Source: Candidatus Zixiibacteriota bacterium (lineage in GTDB: Bacteria > Zixibacteria > MSB-5A5 > WJJR01). From it: a stretch of DNA of 64,000 nt. A program made the position numbers and the translations under genes. The first letter of the stretch is position 1. Each line of letters starts with the position of its first letter. The notes under the pieces were generated by a model, which saw nothing but the letters and a program-made list of their open reading frames with translations, was not told the DNA's origin and ran no database searches. Positions 17,307 to 26,848 of this stretch are shown here, one piece after another. The stretch spans positions 544,206-608,205 of the forward strand of contig DASWIS010000008.1 of NCBI GenBank assembly GCA_036397555.1, in the 5' to 3' direction.

Positions 17307-18329
17307 ATGAATGCGCTGGTGATTCGCTTCTCGTCGCTGGGCGACGTGGTATTGTCGACGTCTCTCGTCGATGCGCTGCTTGAGTCCGATCCCAGCACTC
17401 GCGTTACGGTCGCGACCAAAGCGCAGTACGCCCCTGTTTGGGAGCACCATTCCGAGCGCGTGGATGTCCTGCCGCTGGAGACCGGGATGCGGTTGCCGGC
17501 CTATCTCCAACAATTGCGACGGGGGCGTTTTCACGTCATACTCGACCTGCACCGCTCACTGCGATCACGCATTCTGCTGCCGCTTCTGAAGGCCAAACGT
17601 GTCGGGCGCGTCCGCCCGCGCTGGATAACGCGACAGATGATGGTGCGGCTCAAGCGTGGGCTGGAGCGCCCGCTCGATCGCCTGGCCAGCTACTACGAGG
17701 CGGCAACGGATGCCGGGCTCGTCTTGCACCGTCTGCCGACCCGTATCGGGCTCTCCGGCGACGAGCGGAGCCGATGCGATTCCATCCGGTCAAACGGTGT
17801 GCCTGCCATTGGCTTCGGCTGGGGCGCGCGCTGGGACACCAAGGCAGTGCCGGTACCCTTGTGGATTGGCCTGCTGCAACGGCTGTCGGGGCCGAGTACA
17901 GTACGCGCTTTGATCTTCGGTCTGGAGACCGATCGGCGGCAGATCGAGTCGGCGATCAATGCTCTCGCATCGGATCCGTCGGTGACTTGTGAGGTCCATT
18001 ACGGGTTGCCGTTGCGCGAGGTCGCCGTCCGAGTCGCGGCGTGCGGCGCATTCGTGTCATCCGATTCAGGATTGGCCCACATGGCAATGGCACTGAATGT
18101 GCCGACCGCCGTGCTCTTTGGGCCCACACATCCCGCCCTGGGATTTGGGCCCCCCAGTGGGCACTCGCAGGCATTTCATGCCGGAACCTATTGCTCACCA
18201 TGTCATGTTCACGGCCGTGCCCCATGTTTCCGTGATCGTCGCTACTGTTTCGATGAGATCGATATCAACGCTGTCGCAGGATTCCTGCGTTCGCACATGA
18301 CAGACGACCCGATGCAGGCGTCCGCATGA
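17307..18329 (+). CDS. ADP-heptose:LPS heptosyltransferase (GT9 family)
   Basis: LVIRFSSLGDVVLSTSL N-terminus and GT-B fold features. Confidence 0.8.
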   Translation: MNALVIRFSSLGDVVLSTSLVDALLESDPSTRVTVATKAQYAPVWEHHSERVDVLPLETGMRLPAYLQQLRRGRFHVILDLHRSLRSRILLPLLKAKRVGRVRPRWITRQMMVRLKRGLERPLDRLASYYEAATDAGLVLHRLPTRIGLSGDERSRCDSIRSNGVPAIGFGWGARWDTKAVPVPLWIGLLQRLSGPSTVRALIFGLETDRRQIESAINALASDPSVTCEVHYGLPLREVAVRVAACGAFVSSDSGLAHMAMALNVPTAVLFGPTHPALGFGPPSGHSQAFHAGTYCSPCHVHGRAPCFRDRRYCFDEIDINAVAGFLRSHMTDDPMQASA

Positions 18330-18928
18330 GTGACACCGCCCCCCGACCCGCCGCGTTTCTCGACCGTGACGGGACCCTCATCGTCGAATACGGATACCTC
18401 GGCGATCCGGCATTGGTCGAGCCGCTGCCGGGAGCGGTCGAAGCCGTACGAATCCTGCATGCGGCAGGATACCATGTTTTCGGCGTGTCGAATCAATCGG
18501 GCGTGGCGCGCGGATACTATGATGCTGAAACAGTTGACGCAGTTAATCAGCGGATTATCGATGAGTTCGATGAGATGGGGGCGCGAATCGACCGGATCTA
18601 TTACTGTCCGCATCTGCCCACGGGGAGCGGAGCGATGCGCGAATCCGACTGCGAATGCCGCAAACCCAAAGATGGAATGGTACGGCTGGCGCAGCGGGAA
18701 TTCCGTATCGACATGTCACGGTCGTTTGTCGTCGGCGATCAGCAGGCGGACCTCGGGCTGGCACGGTCCATCGGAGTCCCCGGCTATCTGGTCCTCACCG
18801 GTTTCGGCCAGGAGACACGAAGCGCGCTCAGCCCGGGACTCGCAGACAATTTCATCGCCGACAATCTGCTCGATGCGGTCCGCCGACACGTCGGACGCAG
18901 CGCGCACAATCGTCAACCGCTTCCCTGA
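18326..18928 (+). CDS. gmhB: D,D-heptose 1,7-bisphosphate phosphatase (HAD)
   Basis: FLDRDGTL HAD motif I, CxC cluster (CECRKPK), GDQQAD motif. Confidence 0.8.
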   Translation: MSDTAPRPAAFLDRDGTLIVEYGYLGDPALVEPLPGAVEAVRILHAAGYHVFGVSNQSGVARGYYDAETVDAVNQRIIDEFDEMGARIDRIYYCPHLPTGSGAMRESDCECRKPKDGMVRLAQREFRIDMSRSFVVGDQQADLGLARSIGVPGYLVLTGFGQETRSALSPGLADNFIADNLLDAVRRHVGRSAHNRQPLP

Positions 18929-19000
18929 ACTGATTGACCCCCGGGACTCTCGGGAGTTAGACTTAGGAGTGATCGCGTCATCCACAACAAGGACACTTCA

Positions 19001-20233
19001 GTGAGTATTTCGACCGCTCCGCCGATCCGACGGACCGAGCTTCCGTCACTCTCTGCACGGGCAACGGCGATTCCGCCGTCAACGATCCGCAAGCTGGTCG
19101 ATGTCGCCAACGCGGCGAAGTCGCGCGGGGTGCATGTCTACCACCTCAACATCGGGCAGCCCGATGTGCCGACACCGCCGGTGTTCTTTGAGACATTGCG
19201 TGCCTTCAAAGAGCCGGTGCTCTCCTATGGCCATTCCAAGGGCCACCCCGGATTGCTCAAGGCATGGTCTGAGTACTATGGACGGATCGGGCTGGACGTC
19301 GAACCGTCACAAATCCAAATCACGACCGGCGGCTCCGAAGCGATCCTCTACGCGCTGACCTTGGTTGCCGATCCCGGCGACAACGTGATCGTCTCCGAAC
19401 CGTTCTACACCAACTACCGCTCCCTCGCGGTGGCGGCCGGGGTAGTGTTGCGCGGTGTTCCCGCCGAGGCGCAACTGGGCTATCCGTTGCCGGCGCGCCG
19501 GTTGATCGAGGACGCCATCGACGAACGCACGCGCGCGATCATGATCTGTTCGCCGAACAATCCAACCGGCACCGTTCTGACACGCGATGAGATTTCGACA
19601 GTGGTCCAGATTGCCGCGCAGCATCGCCTGTTTGTCATCTCCGATGAGGTATACCGCGAATTCTGCTACGAGGGCGGCCATACCTCGATCTGGCAGTTTC
19701 CGCAGGTGGCATCGCAGGCGATCATTGTCGATTCGATCTCCAAGAGATTCTCGGCCTGCGGCGCGCGAATCGGCGCGCTGGTTTCCCGCAACGCGGATGT
19801 CATCGACGGCGCCTTGCGGCTGGGGCAGTCACGCCTGTGCCCGGCGACGCTCGAACAGGTCGCCGCCATTCCCTTGATGGCTTTGGATGCGAACTATTAT
19901 GCCCAACTGGCCGCCGAATACCAAGGTCGCCGCGATTTGATGTGCGAGCGGCTTTCGGCCATGCCCGGTGTCGCATTCCGCAAGCCGGCGGGCGCGTTCT
20001 ACCTGATGGCGACACTCCCGGTCGACGACGCCGATGACTTCTGCCGCTGGATGCTGACCGACTTTGAGCACGAACGCCAAACTGTCATGATGGCTCCGGC
20101 CGCGGGATTCTACATGACGCCGGGTGCGGGCCGACGCGAAGTGCGCATCGCTTACGTACTCATACAGGCCGAACTCGACAAAGCGATGACCGTGCTGGAG
20201 GCGGGGCTTTCGGCCTATCCCGGCCGCGTGTGA
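19001..20233 (+). CDS. PLP-dependent aminotransferase, class I/II
   Basis: SKRFSACGARIG PLP-lysine motif and the overall AAT fold pattern. Confidence 0.8.
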   Translation: MSISTAPPIRRTELPSLSARATAIPPSTIRKLVDVANAAKSRGVHVYHLNIGQPDVPTPPVFFETLRAFKEPVLSYGHSKGHPGLLKAWSEYYGRIGLDVEPSQIQITTGGSEAILYALTLVADPGDNVIVSEPFYTNYRSLAVAAGVVLRGVPAEAQLGYPLPARRLIEDAIDERTRAIMICSPNNPTGTVLTRDEISTVVQIAAQHRLFVISDEVYREFCYEGGHTSIWQFPQVASQAIIVDSISKRFSACGARIGALVSRNADVIDGALRLGQSRLCPATLEQVAAIPLMALDANYYAQLAAEYQGRRDLMCERLSAMPGVAFRKPAGAFYLMATLPVDDADDFCRWMLTDFEHERQTVMMAPAAGFYMTPGAGRREVRIAYVLIQAELDKAMTVLEAGLSAYPGRV

Positions 20234-20264
20234 TTCCCCGTATCAGTCACTCCACACTACGCGC

Positions 20265-21197
20265 ATGAACGCCCACCTCGGCATCGACATCGGCGGCAGC
20301 GCGATTAAGATCGGCGTGATCGATGCCGAGGGACACATTCTCCTGTCCGACCGCATGCCGATCGACCTGACCAGTCGGGAGGCAACTGTGGGCTGCATCG
20401 TTGCCTGCGTGCAGAAGCTGACCGATTGGTGCGGCAGGGCCGGGCACAAACCGCTATCCGTTGGTGTCGGCTCGCCGGGAACCATCGATAGACACACCGG
20501 CATGGTGCAGCCGCCGACACCGAATGTCACCACGATCATCGGGGTTGATTTCGTCGATGTCATAACGCGCGCGACCGGCCTGCCGACCGCGGTCGACAAC
20601 GATGCCAATTGCGCCGCCTGGGCTGAACACCGCTATGGAGCCGGGCGCGGCATCAACAACCTAATCTGCATGACCGTCGGTTCCGGGATCGGCAGCGGAT
20701 TCATTGTCGACGGCCGCATCTTCTCCGGATCGAGCGGCGCGGGAGGAGAGCTGGGGCATGTCTCGATCGAGCACGACGGTCCGCGATGCGGCTGCGGCAA
20801 TCGCGGCTGTCTGGAGCTCTATACGTCGACAACAGCCATTGTCCGTGCAGCCAATGACGCGTCCGGCGCGAATGGGAAGCGGACGATCGCCGATCTGTTC
20901 GATTCAGCGCGAAGGGGAGACTCCGGAGCGAACGAAGTAATCGAGCAACGCGCTGCGATGTTGGGCATCGGGTTGGTCAATGCGATCAATCTGTTCGATC
21001 CCGAAGCCGTGATCATCGGCGGCGGCATCGCCGATGTCGACACCGACGGGCGATTTGTCCGCGCCGTCGCAAAGTCCATTCATGCACTCGCATTTTCCGA
21101 ATCGGGCAAGCATCTGCCGGTTGCCAAAGCCGCGCTCGGCAACGATGCCGGATTCATCGGCGCGGCATCATTGGGCGCAAGTTTGGTGACCGCCTGA
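20265..21197 (+). CDS. ROK family kinase (glucokinase-like)
   Basis: LGIDIGGS ATPase motif and CGCGNRGCLE ROK zinc motif. Confidence 0.8.
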   Translation: MNAHLGIDIGGSAIKIGVIDAEGHILLSDRMPIDLTSREATVGCIVACVQKLTDWCGRAGHKPLSVGVGSPGTIDRHTGMVQPPTPNVTTIIGVDFVDVITRATGLPTAVDNDANCAAWAEHRYGAGRGINNLICMTVGSGIGSGFIVDGRIFSGSSGAGGELGHVSIEHDGPRCGCGNRGCLELYTSTTAIVRAANDASGANGKRTIADLFDSARRGDSGANEVIEQRAAMLGIGLVNAINLFDPEAVIIGGGIADVDTDGRFVRAVAKSIHALAFSESGKHLPVAKAALGNDAGFIGAASLGASLVTA

Positions 21198-21306
21198 ACC
21201 GGTTGCATCCGTCCGACCGCACGATTAGATTGTCAGCGCTCGTGGTGAGCAAAGTCGCACCATCGTCATCGGCGTACCCGGCACGCCATCACTCACGATC
21301 CTCTCT

Positions 21307-21849
21307 ATGAAATCCCGCGGCAAAATCATCGTTGTGCCGCTCGGCGACCTCGACTTTTACCAGATCAACAAGCTCGCCGCCAATCTCTCGGTCGCGTTCT
21401 CGGCCGGAGTCGACATCCTGCAGGGAATCGAGCTGCCCGACGAGGCCGAAAACGAGGAACGCGGCCAGTACTATGCCACTGTCATCCTCACCAAGCTGGA
21501 GATGATGCGCCAGAACGAAACCGAGCGCATCTTCGGGATTACCGAAGAAGACCTGTATGTCCCCACCACGCAGTTTGTCTATGGCGAGGCCGACCCGGTG
21601 TCGGGGTGCGCGATCATGTCGTTTTTCCGGTTGCGGATGGAGTTCTACGGTCTGCCCGAGGACGACAAGATGATCTATTCGCGTTCGCTCAAAGAAGCGA
21701 TTCGCCTCCTGGGCCAACTGTACAATCTCAACACCTGCGGCAATCCGCGCTGCGTGATGTTCCACTCAAACTCGATGCAGGAGATCGACGATAAGAATCC
21801 CCGTTTCTGCGACAACTGCCAGCGCCGTCTCGTGCGGCAGCGGGTGTGA
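21307..21849 (+). CDS. archaemetzincin-like protein with degenerate HEXXH
   Basis: C-terminus CGNPRCVMFHSNSMQEIDDKNPRFCDNC matches the archaemetzincin Cys4 motif. The position of HEXXHXXGXXH reads KEAIRLLGQLY. Confidence 0.6.
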   Translation: MKSRGKIIVVPLGDLDFYQINKLAANLSVAFSAGVDILQGIELPDEAENEERGQYYATVILTKLEMMRQNETERIFGITEEDLYVPTTQFVYGEADPVSGCAIMSFFRLRMEFYGLPEDDKMIYSRSLKEAIRLLGQLYNLNTCGNPRCVMFHSNSMQEIDDKNPRFCDNCQRRLVRQRV

Positions 21850-21901
21850 CTCCGCGCAATGCTTGTCCTTTCCCCGGATGAAGTGGAGAGCTTCCTTTTA
21901 T

Positions 21902-21936
21902 CCTCTCCCCTCTGGGGGAGAGGGTAGGGTGAGGGG
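21902..21936 (+). repeat. hairpin repeat copy B
   Basis: cctctcccc-tct-ggggagagg followed by gtagggtgaggg. Lies just after the archaemetzincin-like gene. Confidence 0.65.
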
Positions 21937-21962
21937 GGGCAAGGCTGACTGACCCCATAGTT

Positions 21963-22196
21963 TTGCAGAAAAACAACGTGGCCGATCGTCAATCCCAACC
22001 GCCCCGTTCCACCGGTCTGTATCGTCTCGGTCGGATTGTCCAGATTCTCGGCCTGATCATCGGGCTGGAGGCGCTCTTGGTCTTCGGCGCCGAACCAAGC
22101 GAAGGCCCGATGATCTATGTCACGTTGGCGGCGGTCGCCGTCTTTTACATTGGGCACTGGCTGGTCAAACGCAGCGGCGCGACGAAGGCGGAGTAG
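21963..22196 (+). CDS. small 2-TM membrane protein, hypothetical
   Basis: ORF with two hydrophobic helices. No similarity recognised. Confidence 0.35.
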   Translation: MQKNNVADRQSQPPRSTGLYRLGRIVQILGLIIGLEALLVFGAEPSEGPMIYVTLAAVAVFYIGHWLVKRSGATKAE

Positions 22197-22289
22197 AATT
22201 GGAGCATCGCGCGGTGGGGTACCAGTTCCCCAAGGCTTGCCGAAAGTACTCCGTAAAGGGCAGTCGGATCGATTGATCGGCAAAGAGTT

Positions 22290-22383
22290 CCAAGAGTCCC
22301 CAAGAAAGTGATGGACACAAGCGTCGCAACGCGCTACAACCATCGTGACGGGTTGACTTGCGCGCCACGTCCTTGAGCAAATC
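22290..22383 (+). repeat. imperfect direct repeat L (~80% identical to 24109-24204)
   Basis: Shares ccaaga..cccc-aagaaagtgatggacac..gcgctac..ttgcgcgcca..cttgagcaaatc with the helicase 5' region. Confidence 0.7.
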
Positions 22384-23643
22384 ATGGAACAAGAGATTGC
22401 CACTGAGTTGGAGAGTGCCGCGACGGATTCCGAATCTGATGAGGTCCGAACTAGACCTATTGTCCACAGATTCTCCACATTCCTCAGGGATCTTCTTGCT
22501 GCGACGTTTTGGACTTACCTGATTACCAAGCTCTTCGTGACAGATCTCGATGCATTGCTCGTTAATCGATTCATTCCTGCACAGTCATGGCTGACGGAGT
22601 TCAAGTTCTTCATCCTGCTAGCCGTGTATGCCGCACTACTGTTGATTGCTGGCGTCAAGCCAGTTCTAAGGTGGTCTCTCTACACGGTCCTGTTTCCAAT
22701 CATTGTACTCGCGTGGAAATTCCCAGTCTTCATCTTCAAGCGAGAAAAGTGGATGCTTTCGCTCGCAATGGCTGATGTTGCTTTCTCGTTCTTCAAATCC
22801 TTCCGGTTTAACGTCGTGATCACCGCACTCTTCCTGTGCTCCTTCGCCCTGGCGCTCGCTGCGGCAAGTCCGTGGCTTCTCTGGCCCGCGACGGTGGTCA
22901 TGCTGGCGACCCTGTCCGTGGTCTACTATCAGAGATTCAGGGTCATTTTCAAGCCTTCAGGGCTGTATCAAATGCATATCAAGGTATTTCGCGAGCTGCG
23001 AACGAGTGCGAGTAAATCCTTCGCTCTCGACGAGAGTATCAAGACTCTGTCCGTGGATCGACTGGATGAAGAGCAGATTCAGAAGCGGGTTGCCACACTA
23101 CAAACGCCGGTGCTGTTTAACAGGGTCTGTTGCTTCGTGGCGAAGAAGCTGAGAGACTATCAAAACAGTGGATTGAACATCATGTTGTATGGCATGACGA
23201 TTCTTTTCATGATAATTCTTACGACTCTTTCGTTTTCCGCGATAAACTTTGCCGTTTTCAAGATCAATGAAGGGCTATTCGAGTTCACGTACGATCCCAA
23301 CTACTTTACTTTTATCTTCTATAGTTTCAACAATCTACTCTTCAATTCAATCAGAGATCTTGGCCCTATCGGCATGTTGTCGCAGGCCGTATCGATGATC
23401 CAGTCGTTGTTTTCATTCTCTCTGGTGGCAATTCTTGTGACTCTCTTCTTCTCCTTACGCAATCAACGGTACACCGAGGAGCTCAACGAGGTCATTTCGG
23501 GGATGGAAACAGAGGGGCATGAGATGGAGCGCTTCATAATAGATGAGTACAGACTAGGTAGCATAGAGGAGGCCATGGCAGAACTTCAGAACGCAAAGGC
23601 AAGTTTCGCAAAATTCATCTACAAGATATCCGAGAGCCTCTAA
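22384..23643 (+). CDS. polytopic membrane protein (≥8 TM), hypothetical, in a low-GC island
   Basis: 419 aa. Acidic N-terminus, two TM bundles separated by a soluble linker. GC ~45-48% by eye. Starts immediately after repeat L. Confidence 0.6.
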   Translation: MEQEIATELESAATDSESDEVRTRPIVHRFSTFLRDLLAATFWTYLITKLFVTDLDALLVNRFIPAQSWLTEFKFFILLAVYAALLLIAGVKPVLRWSLYTVLFPIIVLAWKFPVFIFKREKWMLSLAMADVAFSFFKSFRFNVVITALFLCSFALALAAASPWLLWPATVVMLATLSVVYYQRFRVIFKPSGLYQMHIKVFRELRTSASKSFALDESIKTLSVDRLDEEQIQKRVATLQTPVLFNRVCCFVAKKLRDYQNSGLNIMLYGMTILFMIILTTLSFSAINFAVFKINEGLFEFTYDPNYFTFIFYSFNNLLFNSIRDLGPIGMLSQAVSMIQSLFSFSLVAILVTLFFSLRNQRYTEELNEVISGMETEGHEMERFIIDEYRLGSIEEAMAELQNAKASFAKFIYKISESL

Positions 23644-24108
23644 TTCGATCCGTTTGTAGCGCTTCACTATGTTGCAGTAATTCTTCTCGTCCACCGTCGA
23701 ATCGCTTGCCAAGGACTTACTCCCTAATTGGGTATGAGAACTCGATTCTGCAGATGTTTGTTTCCGGGGGCAATCAGAGGGCATGCTATGTGGTTTGTTC
23801 TGTATCTGCCTCCAGTTCGCCTCTTTGCTTCGCGCTCTGCAACAATTCTCGTAAAAGCCTTTCTGCCACATACTTTGCCGGTGTGACACCCGCTTGTGTT
23901 GACTTCGTGCCGAACTCGGAGGTGCACGTAACGGTGGCACTTCCAACACAGAATTCAGCGCGGTCCAGATGCGGCCCAAACTCTGTCACTACTGACTCAA
24001 ACTTTCGTCCATTGCTCAAGACGTCCTCCTGTGATTCCCGGTAACCCACACCATTGCACGATTCTCCGCATCTTGTAATCTGTCATCCCTCTTCATCAAT
24101 CTGAGGGG

Positions 24109-24204
24109 CCAAGATGTCCCCCCCAAGAAAGTGATGGACACGCGCCTCCCCCTGCGCTACCACCAGCGTGATGGGCTGGCTTGCGCGCCATGACACTTGA
24201 GCAA
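24109..24204 (+). repeat. imperfect direct repeat R, spans the helicase start codon
   Basis: Aligns to 22290-22383. Includes TTG 24181/ATG 24190 and codons TLEQI. Confidence 0.7.
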
Positions 24205-26517
24205 ATCCTCGAACGGCTGCGGCACGATCCCAATGTCGCGCATTGGCACACGCTTGAGGCGGCGGACGGGGTCTATGCCGATTTTCCTGCGAGTCTGGAC
24301 CCACGGCTGGCCGAGGCGGCGAAGCGACGGGGCATTCGGCGGCTCTATCGCCACCAAGCCGACAGCGTCGAGCAAGTCGCCGTCGGACGCAATGTGGTTG
24401 TGGTCACGCCGACTGCTTCAGGAAAGACCCTCTGCTACAATCTGCCGGTATTAAACGCGGTGTTGGCCGATCCCTCGGCGCGGGCGCTGTACCTGTTTCC
24501 GACCAAAGCGTTGGCGCAGGATCAAAAGTCCGAACTGCTTGGCTGGATCGAGGCGCTCGAGGCCGATATCAAGGCGCACACCTTCGATGGCGACACCCCG
24601 GCGATGGCGCGGCGCGCGGTCCGCATCTCCGGGCATGTCGTGGTCACCAATCCCGACATGCTGCACACCGGGATTCTGCCGCATCACACCAAATGGGTCA
24701 AACTCTTCGAGAATCTGCGCTTTGTCGTCATCGACGAACTGCACCACTACCGCGGCGTCTTCGGCTCGCATCTGGGCAATGTGATCCGGCGTTTGCTGCG
24801 CATTGCCCGGTTCTACAACGCCGATCCGCAATTCATCGCCTGCTCCGCGACCATCCACAATCCCGGCGAGCTGGCCGAACGGATCGTGGGCAGGCCCTTC
24901 ACCGTGATCGACCAAAGCGGCGCGCCGACCGCGCAGAAGCATGTGATCTTCTACAACCCGCCGGTCGTCAATGAGCCGCTCGGCATCCGTCGGTCGTCGC
25001 TTTCGGTTGCCAACCAATTGGCGGCGACATTCCTGACCAACCAAGTCTCAACCATCGTCTTCGCACGGATGCGTCGCTCCGTAGAAGTCATCCTCACATA
25101 TTTGCGTGAGCATCTGCGACGGGAAAAGCAGGACCCGAATCTGGTCGAGGGATACCGAGGCGGGTATCTCCCCAACGAACGACGCAGCATCGAACGCGGG
25201 CTGCGCGAGGGATCGATCCGCGGCGTGGTCTCGACCAATGCCCTCGAACTGGGAGTCGATGTCGGCGCGCTCGATGTGGCGATCCTGACCGGCTACCCCG
25301 GCACCGTGGCCTCGCTTTGGCAACAGATCGGCCGCGCCGGAAGGCGCTCCGGCTTGTCCGCCGCAATACTTGTCGCTAATTCCTCGCCGATCGATCAATT
25401 CCTGATGCGCAATCCCGAATACCTGATCGGCCGCTCGGTCGAGTCGGGCATTATCGATCCAACCAATCTTGTCGTGCTAATGTCGCACTTGAAATGCGCG
25501 GCATTTGAGCTGCCGTTCTCGGAGGACGACAAGTTCGGCGTAGACCACACCCTGCCGATGTTGCAATACCTTGAGCAGAACCGCGTCTTGACACGTTCGG
25601 CGGGGCGCTTCTTCTGGGCATCGGAGGTGTATCCCGCCGCCGAGGTCTCGCTGCGTTCGGCATCGCCGGAAAACTTCGTCATTCACAACAGTTCCGATGG
25701 CAACAAGATCATCGGCGAGGTCGACTATTTCTCCGCGCCCGTCTTCCTGCATCCCGAGGCGATATATCTGCATGGCGCCGAGCAATACCAAGTCGAGGAA
25801 CTCGACTGGGATGGACGGCGCGCGTATGTGAAATCAGTCGATGTCGAATACTTCACCGACGCCGAGACCAAGACCGACTTAAAGATTCTCACAGTCGACA
25901 AAGACCGCCGCACCCCCGATGCGCGCCTGTCCTGCGGTGAAGTTGCGTTGACCACGGTCGCGGTGCTCTACAAAAAGATTCGCTTCCACACGCACGAGAA
26001 TGTCGGCTCCGGGCAGATTCGTCTCCCCGAACTCGAGATGCACACGACTGCGTTTTGGATCGAGTTTCCTGAAAACGTCTTAGAGCGGCTCGATCTTCCG
26101 ATCGGCCAGACCGGCTCGGTCCTGCATGCTGCCGCCAACGCCTTGGGACAGATGGCGCCTTTGTGGGTGATGGCCGATCCGCGCGATGTCGGCGCGCTTT
26201 CACAGGTGCGCTCGCCGCGTTCGGGGCTGCCGACTCTGTACCTTTACGACAACATCCCCGGCGGAGTGGGATTCTCGCAGCGCATCTACGAAATGGCAGG
26301 CCAGCTCTTCACCGAGACCGCCAACATGATCGCCGCCTGCCCCTGCCGCAGCGGGTGCCCATCGTGCGTCGCACCCGAAATGGCAGTCGGCGCAACCGGC
26401 AAACGCGGCGCGGAGGCATTATTGCGTTTCGCCGCCGCTACCGCCGACCTCTCACTTGACCCGATCATCGATCAGCCGGTCGCCGAGCTCGCCGCCGATG
26501 AAGGCGGGATGGATTGA
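24181..26517 (+). CDS. DEAD/DEAH-box helicase with C-terminal Cys4 domain (MrfA/YprA-like, COG1205/DUF1998)
   Basis: Walker A TPTASGKT, DELH box, helicase C motifs (QQIGRAGRR). C-terminal CPCRSGCPSCV zinc motif. Possible starts are TTG 24181 or ATG 24190. Confidence 0.85.
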   Translation: MRAMTLEQILERLRHDPNVAHWHTLEAADGVYADFPASLDPRLAEAAKRRGIRRLYRHQADSVEQVAVGRNVVVVTPTASGKTLCYNLPVLNAVLADPSARALYLFPTKALAQDQKSELLGWIEALEADIKAHTFDGDTPAMARRAVRISGHVVVTNPDMLHTGILPHHTKWVKLFENLRFVVIDELHHYRGVFGSHLGNVIRRLLRIARFYNADPQFIACSATIHNPGELAERIVGRPFTVIDQSGAPTAQKHVIFYNPPVVNEPLGIRRSSLSVANQLAATFLTNQVSTIVFARMRRSVEVILTYLREHLRREKQDPNLVEGYRGGYLPNERRSIERGLREGSIRGVVSTNALELGVDVGALDVAILTGYPGTVASLWQQIGRAGRRSGLSAAILVANSSPIDQFLMRNPEYLIGRSVESGIIDPTNLVVLMSHLKCAAFELPFSEDDKFGVDHTLPMLQYLEQNRVLTRSAGRFFWASEVYPAAEVSLRSASPENFVIHNSSDGNKIIGEVDYFSAPVFLHPEAIYLHGAEQYQVEELDWDGRRAYVKSVDVEYFTDAETKTDLKILTVDKDRRTPDARLSCGEVALTTVAVLYKKIRFHTHENVGSGQIRLPELEMHTTAFWIEFPENVLERLDLPIGQTGSVLHAAANALGQMAPLWVMADPRDVGALSQVRSPRSGLPTLYLYDNIPGGVGFSQRIYEMAGQLFTETANMIAACPCRSGCPSCVAPEMAVGATGKRGAEALLRFAAATADLSLDPIIDQPVAELAADEGGMD

Positions 26518-26534
26518 TCCTGCGCTCTGTCACA

Positions 26535-26709
26535 ATGGGCGTGTTGAAAAACCCATTTGAACCCACATAATCGAGTTTCATGGAAGTAATCATTCGGGTC
26601 ATTCCGAGCGAAGCGAGGAATCTCCAACGCGTTGTCGGCGGCCACTCGCGCATCGAGACCCCTCGCTCCGCTCGGGGTGACATCAAATTGGGCTTTTTCA
26701 ACACGCCCA
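26535..26709. mobile_element. MITE-like element with nested inverted repeats
   Basis: Outer IR ggcgtgttgaaaaacccatttga (26538-26560) pairs with tcaaattgggctttttcaacacgcc (26683-26707). Inner IR gtcattccgagcgaagcgagg (26598-26618) pairs with cctcgctccgctcggggtgac (26661-26681). Confidence 0.5.
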
Positions 26710-26848
26710 CAATGTTACGCTGGATTCCCGCCGTGACAGACTCGTACCAAATCCGCATTGACTGACCCATTGCACGCCTTCATCTTGCGCGACCTAAGGG
26801 GGGAGTGGGTCAACTTGCCCATCGCCCCGGAACAAGACGCTAACGGCC

